Origin: Octopus vulgaris
Taxonomy: Eukaryota
Direction: 5' to 3'
DNA: 64,000 nucleotides
NCBI GenBank assembly: GCA_951406725.2
Contig: OX597825.1
Span: 27,900,001 to 27,964,000 of the forward strand
The first letter of the stretch is position 1, and each line of letters starts with the position of its first letter. Of the stretch, positions 26,961 through 41,659 are shown in pieces. A program made the position numbers and the translations under genes. Under the pieces are notes generated by a model. The model had not been told where the DNA came from. It saw only the letters and a list, made by a program, of their open reading frames with translations, and searched no databases.

Positions 26961-29047
26961 AAGAGTCATGCATTTTCAGAAAGCCAATTTGCATCATGAC
27001 TAGAGACTTATTCTGGTGTGTTGCGTGATGAGTTCAATGCAATTAGTGAATCAGGTGTGTTAGTAGCTCACCTTTGGTGCAGAGGTCACATTTTCAATCA
27101 TGTTTGCCGAGTATTTTGATACATTCAGTAAAGAAGTTTTGATTGATGTTATCTCCCTTGTCGATCACAACCGGGAGGTTTTCGGCTGGTGACAACATAT
27201 CTATATTGGTGTCCACCATCCAGACAATTTTGATTTATGGTACCTCAACACTTTACAAATCCAAAGACATAGTATTGAATTCAAAGGTGACATAAAAGGA
27301 CAACTGACACTAAGTCATTCTGTAAGGTATGTGTTCTCTCGCTTGCTGCCTCGGCTTTTGTTTATCGAGATGTTTCGATAGTATGGTAACTATGAGCTTT
27401 GTAAATAGCCTCAGACAAGAAACATATAGGGCATTAAATTTCCACGTCGTCAATATTTCCTCGTTTAAATATCAAATTTAACATAGAACGAGAATTTTCG
27501 AAAACTACTTTCTTCCACCACGTATTATTTCAGGTGTTACCTCATCCTTTCCAGGAATTTTATTTTTTTCGTCAGTATTAAAGTATTCTTTATTCACCGA
27601 GGAGAACGGTAAAAAGCATGGTTAGAATTTTTTTCACTTACGATCTATTTACATTTTATACATGTTTTCTGTTTCAAAATTCTGCTTCTCTGTCCAATCC
27701 TGATATTAATATTCAGAATGTACAAGTTCCTGAAGTGCAGTGTTTCATTCGTCCAATCGATGCCTCAGTATAGTGGAGTCCATTACTTGATGTATGCGCT
27801 ATCTTGATATCCATTTATTGTAGCAATGTTTATGGTCTTTACGCACTTTTTAAATGGAATTTAAAACATTGACCTACGTTTGTGATACTGTTTATATAGA
27901 TTATGTTACAGAAATCAGTGATGTACAAAATTATCTGAACTATGAATTAGATTCAAGCCGCACCGCAAAATTGTATTCATAAAGTGTTCAAATCCTGAAA
28001 CCAACATTAAAGATAGTATATAAAATCAAATTAAGGACAGAGCTATTACTGTATATTAATGCGTAAATATTTAGTAGTTATATCGAAAGTACTATTTCGG
28101 TGCAAAGCGATTAGCGAGCAAATATTGATGAAAATAAAAAGAATCAGTTATACTTCGATAACTCGTATAATGATATGTAAGTGCAGCTAAAATGAAATAT
28201 TTGGAAATAGGACAAATCCACACGCACACATTCACACATATAGATATATGTATTCATATATTTAACCCTGTCTTTCTCTCTGTCTAACTATTTATCTATG
28301 AATCTATCTATAATAAATTTTGTTGCACGGATATTACAGCAGTTGCATGAGCATGTACACGTGAGATATTTTATTCTGCAATCTTCTAAATTAGACATGG
28401 CAGTTCTCAGAGAAAAAGAAAGAAATGAAAAAGCTTGGAGGTAAGGCGATAAGATTTGTATTCTTTTGACCTGTTGGAAGCGGAATTCATAATGTCCGGT
28501 GTGGATTAATTCGACGGGTAAATGTTAGAGTTTGTAACATTATATACCTAACCAGGAGAGAGTGGTGTTTTCTAGATCAAGGAAAGATAGTTGTCAAGAC
28601 GCTCGCATTTTGTGAAAATTTCCGATCAGGAATACCGTTGGTTTGCTAAACTTCCTAAATTTAAGAAGTGATATGTGTTCTTTCAGCTATACAAATCCTG
28701 CATTACGACAAGTTTTTCTGTCGGATTTATAAACACCAAGCTATTGGGATATCATATAGTGTCTTACAAATTTTAAACTTTCCCCATCGAATTAACCAAA
28801 CAATGTTAATTCTAATTCGAAACAGCAAAACAGATACCAGCTTATCTCTAACACTTTAAGGTCTCTTATTTCCTTCTTTTTACTTATTTTTGGTTTCATT
28901 ATTTATTATTCTCTTTCATTTTCTCAGAAAGCAACCATGTTTATTTTCAGCCTCAATAATTGGAGGATACTACACAGCATGTTATAAACGCTTCGCCGAC
29001 TATTGCTGAGTCGGAGTATGGAATCTGAAAAAGCATACATTAAAATA

Positions 29048-29095
29048 CAGTAGTACCTCGGTTTTCGAGCACTTCTGATCAGGAATAAATCGTGC

Positions 29096-29183
<88 letters not shown>

Positions 29184-29229
29184 CACGATTTATTCGCGTT
29201 CAGAGGTGTTCGAAACCGTGGTATTGGTG
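29048..29229. mobile_element. pogo/Tigger-like MITE whose interior is a pure (TA)n run
   Basis: Left arm TA|CAGTAGTACCTCGGTTTTCGAGCAC...GAATAAATCGTGCTT (29048-29097). Right arm AAGCACGATTTATTC...TTCGAAACCGTGGTATTGGTG (29181-29229). Confidence 0.65.
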
Positions 29230-29829
29230 TGTCTTTCTTGATGAAGGAACTTCAAGTGTACATATGTATATTGACTTAGCCATTATGTATACCTACACAC
29301 ACAGAGACAGACACACGCATAAATATATATATATAGAGAGAGCTGTGCTTTATATATATATATATACCATGCAAAGAAATTATGTTATCTAGGTATCTCC
29401 TATCGATATAATCGCAAATAACAACAAACCGATTTTCCAAAACTAAAAGACAGATGAAAGCTAACACTTAATTAAAAACAAGTCCGAGACACATAGATAG
29501 ATTCCAAACCCATTTGGGTGCAATTGATATTAAAGATATGACAAGATTTTCAATGTGGCACCGTATAAGCTTAGATCTAAAGAAATTTGAGTAAATTACA
29601 TAGATGTAACATATATAAATTTACAGACCTCGGTCGCTAATCGCACGAAGGAGAAGATATATGATTATATCCCTTACAAAGGTCTTATTATTTTGTCAAA
29701 GAAGATTAATGGTGGTTAAGGTAATGTATATTGGTAACCATTGACCCATTAGCAAATGACGGAAGGTGGGAGGAAAGGCGAAATGGTATATGAAAGAAAG
29801 TCTTAGAAAACTTCGTCTCTAGTTTTATG

Positions 29830-29870
<41 letters not shown>

Positions 29871-30162
29871 GACCATATGTGTATGTGTGTGCGTGTGTGT
29901 GGTGTGTAGTTTATATATATATGTATATATATATATATATATAATGTATAATATATCATATATGCGCACACATACACACGCACATATATATATATACACA
30001 AATATACATATGCACACATACGTATGAATTTATGTGCGTATAAAGGTATTAATGCGGGGGTATATTGATAGATGTACTTACATATATATCTATATATATT
30101 TGTATAATATACATGTATTTATATATACATATACATATATATATAGAGAGAGAGAGAAAGAG

Positions 30163-30228
<66 letters not shown>

Positions 30229-30257
30229 GTATATATATATGCATATATATATGTGTG

Positions 30258-30299
<42 letters not shown>

Positions 30300-30621
30300 A
30301 ATATATAAGTATGTGTATATGTGTTTGAACATCTGTTTTTCTGTTTTACCCTTCTTTGTATATATAAAATTCCTAGCGAAAATTGAAGTGGATATATAAC
30401 TTCCATTTTTAACGTTTTGTAGACAGAATATACTATAAAATCTATTAGGTTTCTTTTCCATTCCCTTTCTCAGCCGACAGTAAGATTCTCATTTCTTGTC
30501 TACAGTTTAGTCACTAGTTCATGGATTTTACAATGCATGAGGCTCTTTTTTTAGTATATTTTCACTAACTCTAATCCACATCTCTCTCCTAAATTATCCC
30601 AAATGAAATATCTATCTATAT

Positions 30622-30690
<69 letters not shown>

Positions 30691-30794
30691 ATACAAGTTC
30701 AAAAGGGTAAATACCCACTTCGGTTATGAATGATTGCACTTAGAATGTTCCCCTCTAAGAAAAAAGTCCCGGTAAGATTGTTTATAGAATCAGA

Positions 30795-31014
30795 GCAATC
30801 ACCATCATCCGTTCTTCACGCCTCTGATGGTACCCAAGTGAAAGGCAAAGGTTGCTACAGCTTGGCCTGAGTGATATTGCAACTCATTTTGTAGAGCGTA
30901 GTGAACTGGAGCAATGTGAAATAAGGTGTCTTGCTCGAGAACCAAAAATAGTGTGATCTAACCCACTACCTCATGAATGTGAAGCGGACGGCCTTGCCAC
31001 TGAATCATGCACCG

Positions 31015-31015
<1 letters not shown>
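30795..31015 (-). mobile_element. SINE family D
   Basis: AACTCATTTTGTAGAGCGTAGTGAACTGGAGCAATGTGAAATAAGGTGTCTTGCTC. Confidence 0.6.
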
Positions 31016-31076
<61 letters not shown>

Positions 31077-31246
31077 GTTATAAGATCATAAATCAGAAGA
31101 AGAGCATACCATATAAAATATAGATCAGTTGTATATTTTTGTCTGTGCAAAGTAACAGTTTAGAAAAATAACCCTTGGTTTCATATCTAGCGTGAACTAG
31201 ACATATCTAAACGATAATTGTTCACGGCAAAGAATGATTTGTTTTC

Positions 31247-31510
31247 GTTTCTACTGTAGGCACAAGGACCGAAATTTTGGGAGAGTGGTCCAGTCGATTA
31301 GATCGACCCCAGTACGCAACTGACACTTAGTTTATCGACCCAAAGAATGAAAGGCAAAGTCGGCCTCTGAGTTCAAATTCCGCCGAGGTCGACTTTGCCT
31401 TTCATCCTTTCGGGGTTGATAAATTAAGTACCAGTTGCGTACTGGGGTCTTTCTAATCGGCTGGCCTCCTCCAACATAATTTCGGGCCTTGTGCCTAGAG
31501 TAGAAAAGAA
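31247..31510. mobile_element. Two SINE family B fragments fused in inverted orientation
   Basis: 31247-31365 (minus) mirrors about 31388-31505 (plus), e.g. TAGGCACAAGG vs CCTTGTGCCTAG and GAAAGGCAAAGTCG vs CGACTTTGCCTTTC. Confidence 0.85.
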
Positions 31511-31989
31511 TAAAGAAAGGAAAATTCATTACGTTATATGATAGAGATAAGAAACTGCTGGTGTCGAAATACTTCTTAAAAGAGGAGACAGTAATAAGGA
31601 AAGGAAGAGAATTAACTCAAGTTAATCGATTAATAAACTGTTAGAGGAAATACAAGAATGTTCAGCAGAATGACGGTCATGGAGTTATTTATAGAAAAGA
31701 GTTAATGAAGCCATGTTCTGCTGATGAAAGTAGGGTCGGCATGAAGTTTAGCTGCCGAAACAGAACCAACAAAGTTAGCGCTGTTGTTGGAGCAGAGAAA
31801 GAACACCGGCAAAGGCTTCAGCCTACACGTGTCAGCAGTATTCTATGCAAGATTGAATAAGAGATCTATCATGTTGAAAATCGTATTTGAAGAAACGATA
31901 ATGAGTGGAATGGTTTGTGTATGCCTCGCTATGTATGCATGTATATACGTGTGCTCGTACGTATGTATGTGTGCGTATCTTTGTGTTTA

Positions 31990-33356
31990 AACGAGCATAC
32001 TCTTAAACAAGCACAAACACACACACAGATTTCAGAAGAGATATTTATTAATATCAATGCAGTACAAAACTTTAAACTCCTTCAAAGTAGAATCCCCTGA
32101 CTCCAATGCATTGTTGTAGTGTTAGATCCACTTCGTGATGGCCACACGGAGGTATTGCAGTATGAAGGTATCCACGCGGTCAACTTCTATATCTTGAAAA
32201 CTGCTTCTGAATTTCTCCTTCAGCTTTAAGGAACAGCAAAAATGTAAGGTCTGAACTAAGGGAAACGAAATGGAAGATTTGATGCCCATAATTGTTTATC
32301 TGGATGGTATCGTGGACTGGTACATTGACTTGGTGCAGACACTACCGGCCCGAATGAAGGAGGTCTGACCTTTTGCGACAAAATTTCTTCTTGAACTCGC
32401 TCAAACTTCCACTAAGTGTTGTGGTCGGCCGCCTCCATGAAAGGCACTTACTGAATGTAGCTGATACCTTCGCCGTTAAGAGAAAGGCACCTCTTGACTT
32501 CCTGGTGCAATTTCTTTGCATGGCTTTCATGGGTCTAAGAAAGCCACCTGGCTTCTTTTGGGCACGCTGTCTCTTGATGTTTTGATCATAACATGAGGTT
32601 CAGCTTTTGTTACAGGTCGCTAGAGACTCAGGTACTCTTGGATTGAAAGTAATGAGCTCAACTATCTGCCTGCTTTAACCAATGCATCCGACCTTCCGTT
32701 CGCAAAGAGGACACTGAAAAAAATGTTAAACAATTTTGCGCATGATGCACGTCGGTGCATCAGCATGGCCGCAGCTCGGAGTTGAAACTAGAGGGGAAAA
32801 AATGTTCAGATCTTCATGAATAACTGTGCAAAATTTCCACAATAACTCCAAAGTTTACTTATTGTCTTTAGAGATACATAACGGTGATCCACCAGTATAT
32901 TGCGAATTTTCTGAACCACTTCTGGTGTTCGGACGTTCTTTCCTTCCATTCATCTCTTACCCCAACTCTTCCGTCCTTGAGACTCTTGTACCAGAAAGAA
33001 AAAACAAACAGATACTCTACTCGTACATGTTAATCCATAAGCAATGTGGAGCCTTTCCTATGTTTCTGAAGCTTTTTTTTTTCCACTTTAACACGAAATT
33101 TTATTGCATAGCGAGCTTCGAAATTATCTTCAGGTCACGGCTGCATTCTTCCAAGTTAGTCAGCCGTGTCAAGTAATGTTTATCAGGGTGCGTTCCAAGT
33201 GCTGTTACATTAGTCGCCGTCAATCTGGAATAACAAAAGCTAGCGGGTCAGATTATTAAATCTATATACCGTATATAGATTATTAATGTATATGAATTCA
33301 ATTTTATAACTGCCTCTCCTAAAAACGGTCTCCAACATTCCGGAATGCACCTCGTA
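31990..33356 (-). mobile_element. mariner transposon, near full length, degraded
   Basis: 5' end TACGAGGTGCATTCC (33356 downward) and a disrupted transposase. The 3' TIR is poorly preserved. A SINE/LINE tail fragment of about 55 bp is inserted at about 32748-32803. Confidence 0.85.
32072..33146 (-). pseudogene. mariner transposase pseudogene
   Basis: EARYAIKF, WYKSLKDGR, RTPEVVQKIR, IHEDLN/MRKI, CYDQNIKRQ, EFKKKFCRKRSDLLHSGR*CLHQVNVPVH, CIGVRGFYFEGV*. Confidence 0.85.
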
Positions 33357-33504
33357 TATGCCCGCATAAGCACACACACTTATGCGCGTGTGCGCACACA
33401 GACACACACACACACACACACATACGCACATGTATGCATAGACGCATGTTGAATTTGTTCATGTGTAATAAATATTAACACTCATAAACACATGCACATA
33501 TAGA

Positions 33505-34245
33505 CATATACACGTGCATGTGTGTGTGGTTGTGCGTGTAGATGCGTGTGTGTGTGTGCGTATGTGCGTGTGTGTGCGTGCGTGCATGCGTGCGGGTATT
33601 TGTGTGCGTGTGTGCGTGATTATGTGTGTGTGCGTGCGTATGTGTACGTGCGTGTATATGCGTGTGTGTGCGTATGTGTGCATGTGTGTGTATGCGTGTG
33701 TATATCTGCGTGTGTGTGTGTGCGGATATGTGTGCGCGAGTGCGTGTGTGCGTGTATATGCATGTGTGCTTGCGTGTGTGTGTGTGCGTGTGAGTGTGCG
33801 GATGTGTGTGTGTGGGGGTGTGCGTGTGCGTGCGTGTGTGTGCGTGCGCGTGTGTACGTGCGTGTGTGTGCGTGCGTGTGAATGTGTGCGTGTGTGTGTA
33901 TGTGTGTATATGTGCGTGTGTATATGTGCGTGTGTGTGTGTGCGGATGTGTGTGCGCGAGTGCGCGTGTGCGTGTATATGCATGTGTGCTTGCATGTGTG
34001 TGTGAGTCTGTGCGCGTACGTGTGTGCGTATGTGTGCGTGTGTGTGTGTATGCGTGTGTATATGTGCGTGTGTGTGTGTGCGGGTGTATGTGTGCGTGAG
34101 TGTATATGTGTGTGCGTGTATCTGCGTGAGTGTGCGTATATGTGCGTGTGTGTGTGCATGCGTGTGTATGTGTGCGTGTGTGTGCGGGTCTGTATGTACC
34201 TGAGCGTGTGTATGTGTGCGTGCGTGTGTGCGCGTGTGTGTGTGA
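33505..34245. repeat. About 740-bp alternating purine-pyrimidine (GT/GC/AT) tract with higher-order repeats
   Basis: The unit TGCGGAT(A/G)TGTGTGCGCGAGTGCG..TATATGCATGTGTGCTTGC recurs at about 33720 and 33940. Confidence 0.9.
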
Positions 34246-34743
34246 CGTGAATGCCTATTTATCTATCCTTAATCACATATATACAGTAGACTCGTATTTA
34301 AATCATGGTGCCTGTTCCTGAAATTAAAAGCGTGTCGGCTCGTTCACTGTGGTATATTGATATACGATATCATAGCCAAAACTTTGTGCGTAATGGTGAA
34401 ATTATTCAGATATATGAATGAATAATACATTTGATATAATTTTCCATATCACCTATGTAGCTTTATGATTATCTACAACGGAGTACAAGGAATGACAATC
34501 GAGACAGAATTTACCATAACCGGAGATACTTAAACAGAAGCGGAATAATTCTGTTTATTAGAACTCTGTAGGTGTAGATGAACTCTGATCATGATCGTGT
34601 TTATTGTATACATTTGCATAAATTTATCTATATAAGTATGAGTGTGTATGAGTGCTTGCAAGTGTCGGTGTACGTAGGCATGTATATCTCTGGGTAGGTG
34701 AAGGTCAATTTCAGTGAGAACGTATCCTTAAATCCTTAAAAAT

Positions 34744-35410
34744 GTTTCACCCCGAAAGCTGCGGCCATGCTGGGGCGCCACCGTTCAATGAGCTACACTA
34801 GTATGTGAAACCACCTCTGATACGTGGCACTTGATCAACAAGGGAGTTCGATACTGCTGCCTGCATCTGTGTTTCCTGCCGAGAGGTAGGTTCATCGGGA
34901 ATCCCTGACAAGAAGAGATCCAGTTTAGTTTTAAAGAAACCCACATCCACATCATGAAGGTCTCTCAGGCATTTGGGAAGGATATTAAAGAGCTGTGGTG
35001 CCCTGAAACCCAAGCTGTTGCAGTATCTGGTCCTGTATTTTGACGGTGATGTTCCAAGACAGTGTCCTGTGGAACACAACGTGTTATTTGTGTTTCCTTG
35101 GAGGTGGCTTCATCGGCCACCACTGCCTGCCTTCCATCTTTTAGGAAGTTGTGCAGCCACTCTCCAAGTTTTCCCCCTATGCCGAGATACACGTGTTTGT
35201 GGCCTGATCATACCATGGTCGACTTTATCAAAGGCTTTTGCAAAGTCGAGATATATCACATCCACACTTGAGACATTTAGTAGCTGTTTTAACACCCAGT
35301 CATAGTGTTGCAGGAGCTGTGTTAGACAGCTTCTACCTGGTCGAAATCCATGCTGGGTGTCAGTCAGCAAGTCATTTTCTTCAAGGAACATGATTAGTTT
35401 CTTGCAGAAT
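34744..35410 (-). mobile_element. CR1-group LINE, 5'-truncated and internally deleted, with 3' tail
   Basis: RT motifs QHGFRPGRSCLTQLL, VDVIYLDFAKAFDKVDHG and VPQDTVL join directly to the C-terminus PQLFNILPKCLRDL...IPDEPT...SNSL. Tail GGTGGCGCCCCAGCATGGCCGCAG...TGAAAC. Confidence 0.92.
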
Positions 35411-37038
35411 AAAATTTCTTGCGGAATGCAGAATAAAATTTCAAACATTTCGAGAAATTAAATTTCGCTCCAACAGACAGAAGTTAATAGTCGACAACTT
35501 TCTAACACGTTAATACGAAATTTTGCATACGGTTTTACTGAAACAAAGCCAGAAACATTAGAAGAGGGAATCCACTGGAATTGTAATATAACAGCAACGT
35601 TGAATACACTGTATATTTCAACTTGTAGTCGAAGAAAAGACAGAGTATGAAAACTGAGACTTTCAGGAAACAGTAAAAGGTGGATGCTAATTCTGGAAAA
35701 ATTTCAAAGAAATGTGTAAACTTGCTGCATATCATTGTGGAATATGATGGTGAGAAACGTTAGGAATTTATCATAAATGCTGCAGTAAAATTTTCCCCAG
35801 AAATTTAAGTATTAAGTTTGAAACTATTGAACCAGATGACTGATTTGTACGTCATAATTATAAACATGAAGCGCGTTAAGCATTTACATGGCACATGCAT
35901 TTGTCAGCTGAATATTATTGCAGAAGTTTAACGTTCATGTTCAGGATATCACCAAAAGAAATTGCGATCACGTATCTTCAATGCATCAACAGAATGCCGC
36001 TGGTGAACAGCAGTTCCCGCATTATAATAAATGATCACGACGATGACGACGACGACGATGACGGTGTTTGTGATGATAAGTCTCAGCAGGGTAACTTCGT
36101 AGATTCAGTAACGTATACATAGTTATATAAAAGTGTGTGAAAGCGTGGAGAAACAAAGAAATAAATTCACATAATAAATATATTGTATATGTACAAAAAT
36201 TAATAGATATGGACATAACAAGATGTTGCTCATAAAGTGTTGAAGATTTACCATGTAGGATGGATATAGTCACTCCGTATCTTTCTGCTGTTGTTAAACC
36301 TCCAGAAGATGATGTAGCACTGTGAAGATATTTGCGTTGGAATGTCTAAAAAGCCTTGAACTTTCAAAGATAATGCTTATTTTTTAGTATTTGACAAGTT
36401 TTTAAAAAGTAACCTATCATTCGAGCTATTTTGCAATCACATCATATGCCCTACATTTCATAGAGTACGACAACAGGATTTTCATATCTTACAGTGGTTA
36501 TATTTGACTTTCGTGCGAATGATTGAAAACCGCATATGTGGAGGACATCATATCTGTGTCGTTTTCTCGCATTTTTTGAAGAATATTCTTTGAGTATATT
36601 TTCTATACTTTTCTCTATCATATTTCACACTACATTGTTTTTTTTTAAACATCCTCAGCATCGAATGCATTCCAGTCTTCGCAATGAAGTATTCATTTTA
36701 CATGGTTTCAGGACCACTGGCCGTCAATGTCTGAGCATGAAGATGAATAGAGTTTGTTTTTCATCCTCCAACCAACAAATGGTGAGTGAATTAATTTGCT
36801 ATTCTAAAACTTACATCCGGAAGATGAGTTGTTCTTACTGGTTCGCCTAGAGTTCTGCACTATTTCTCTCTCTCCATCTCTCTCTCCCCTTCTCTATCTC
36901 TTTCTCTCTCTCGCTTTCTCATTTAACTCAATAATATTCAAGGCAAAGAGCTTTTAAGTCATTCTGCCTCTGAGGTTTTTGGTGCTTGTTTGGGTGTGTG
37001 CACTTTTATTCATGTGTGTGTGCGTGTATTGGCATTTG

Positions 37039-37140
<102 letters not shown>

Positions 37141-37422
37141 TAGAAAAATATAATATTGTGTGGAATTTGATTTAGTATTTCAAAATTGATTTCTTTTTCC
37201 TTGTAAATTTGGTTTTTATTCCCTCAAATAATAATTATTATATATATATAGATATGGCTGTGTGTTTATGGGTGTATGTGTGTATGTATGCATGCATGTA
37301 TATATATGTGTGTGTGTGTCTGTGTTAAAATATAAAAAGGAGACGAACGCTTGAGATGTTAATCCATTTATATAATGAAATCCTCTACATACGTTTCGAC
37401 GGGTGCACTCCAAAATGTCTAA

Positions 37423-38989
<1,567 letters not shown>

Positions 38990-39317
38990 CATGTATAAAC
39001 GCTGCTTGGCGCTAAAATTTCGGTAATTCCGGTAATTTCCACGTCAATGCTGATGAATGTATGTTTGATAACGCTATAGCTTTATAATATCTGTTCAGAG
39101 CTACCTGTCTTAGGTATTTCCTATTTATAAAAGCTAAGGCCTGAGAAACATCAATGTCTGAGAATACTGGCAGATGGCGACACTGAGCTGATATGGTGTT
39201 TTAACAACATTTTACCATAAGAGAAATTTTGTACTCAGTAACTCGGGTGAATTTAAATTCAACTAACCTAAACTTTGTATATCTATATATCTATCTATTT
39301 GTCTATCTCTCTCTCCC

Positions 39318-39380
<63 letters not shown>

Positions 39381-39904
39381 GTATATGAATACACACACAC
39401 ACACATATATATGAACTGTATAATAATATATCATAATAATAATTTATTCTCCAGTTTGAAGCGACAATTTTCAATACAAACAAATGACTGAAAATTGATG
39501 ACCTAACCTCAGCCAGAGTCGAACCCACCAATCAACGCTCACATAGCTCCTTGCGCATCCGATTGGGTTAAACGCTCACCCACCAACTTCAGCCAAATTT
39601 TGGCTAATACATACTTAGACTGTCTAATACTACATATAAAATTTGTAAACAAACCCCAAAGGTGCTTTAAGTTACGGAGAGAAAACTACTATGAAAGACT
39701 TATATTATAACAGTAGTTATTATTATACTAAGACTATTCCATAGTAGCTATCTCTCCGTAAGACCTTTCGTTTTTGTTCATAAATGTTATATATATATGT
39801 GTGCGTGTCTGTGTGTGTGCGTGTCTGTGTGTGCGCGTGTCTGTGTGTGTGCGTGTCTGTGTGTGTGCCTGTGTGCGCGTGTGTACATCAATTGATATCA
39901 CGAG

Positions 39905-40190
39905 ATCTCGTGATCGACCAGACTATTGAATTTTATACAGCGTTTGTGACAACGCGCTTTTGAATCGGATTCACCTTTCGAAAGATGCCATCCCATTGAC
40001 CAGCTGAGCAGGCCAGCATTCCCCTTCGTCAGAAGGTTACTCCGTAGCAGTATTACCCATTTACAGCAGAGTGGACTGGAGCTACGGGAAATTAAGTGTT
40101 TTGTTCAAGAACATAAATCGCCATTATATCCGAGATGGAACACATCATCTAGCGATGGTGATTTCAGCACCATAGGCACTAAGGTACGTG
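39905..40190 (-). mobile_element. SINE family D
   Basis: TACCCATTTACAGCAGAGTGGACTGGAGCTACGGGAAATTAAGTGTTTTGTTCAAGAACA. Confidence 0.6.
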
Positions 40191-40593
40191 TATACATGCG
40201 CACACACACCCACACACATGCACACTCACGCACGCACTCACACGTATGTACATAATAAAATATGTGTGGTTATGTGTCTGTGTGTGTATGCGTATCTCTA
40301 TTCAACACTGAAATAAAATTAAGGGTCACTCAGTATTTTATACCATTATGTTAAATGAAGTATTCAATATTCCACTGAGGATATGGAATGATAGCCATCA
40401 AGAACAGTTTTATGAAACGAAAACTTTGTTCATACCTGCATATGCACACGAACACACGCACAAATACATTTCTTAATGTCTATGTGCTATACGTGTGTAT
40501 ACATGAGTAATTATATAGATATGCATGTGTGTATACTGTAACGCTTAAAGAATATATATACATACACATATGTGTATGTATTTGATTATATAA

Positions 40594-40636
<43 letters not shown>

Positions 40637-41170
40637 CACACATATATACATATATATATATATATGTGTGTTGGCACAGACCTATTAGTAAAACTGCACT
40701 ACGTACCGTTTCTACAGAAGATTAGCTAACCTGCGACTTCGTGACTCCACGTACTTATTTTGTTTTATTGTTAAACTCCATTGAGAATAATACTTTTTTT
40801 GTTTACGACGAAATATTCAATGAGTATTGATATATTTACTCCTGCTAGGGTGTTGAAAAAGCAATGTTCTGTTTTGCTTACTCTGCAATAAAAGTGTTGA
40901 CAATAAATTCTTGATTTCTTACGTAGGGATGTGTTTTCAGCTTTTTGCTATATAATAGAAAACATTGTAACCACACACACACACATACGCTTTGCAACTA
41001 TGGCTGCCTGCTTCCGGTTTCATTTGAATGTATTTCCTCAAAATTTACTATACTTGAGGACAAATTGAGAGAGTTAGTTTTGATTTAAATTCTGAAACAT
41101 ACATGCACACACGCACAAACACACGCACATATATTCATATAGTTTGTGTGTGTGCGTGTGTGTGTGTGTG

Positions 41171-41203
<33 letters not shown>

Positions 41204-41659
41204 ATGAGTGTTTTGAAACATATATAAGTACATCCATATACATATACGTAGATACATTTTTATTTAAACAGAGAGTGAAATAAACATCCACCAACAACAT
41301 GCCGTATCTACCAGCTGGAAGAATGAGCCGTCTTATTGCCACCACCAGGAGTATACCCTGATAAAGAACTTCAATAGTTTAGCAGCTGAGAACTAATCCA
41401 AGTGGACGCTCATATATGTAAACATTCCAGCCCATATAATACCCATGCCGGGCATGCAACTTCACTTATAACCCAATTACATCAGCTTTTGTTATCTCTA
41501 TGTATAAATTACTACGGCGCCCACGAAACGTAGAGTCCCGTGATTCTGTGTCCAACTATTATTAAATACATCTAAAGCCACCCGTATACATTGTTTCTTT
41601 TGCTAACACACACACTCACACACACACACACATACATACATACATACATACATAAATTA

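Noticed and set aside
36296-36350. Hammerhead-like CAGAAGA...GAATGTC
   Set aside because: Both core halves are mutated and stem II is mostly G-U pairs, so it cannot be told from chance.
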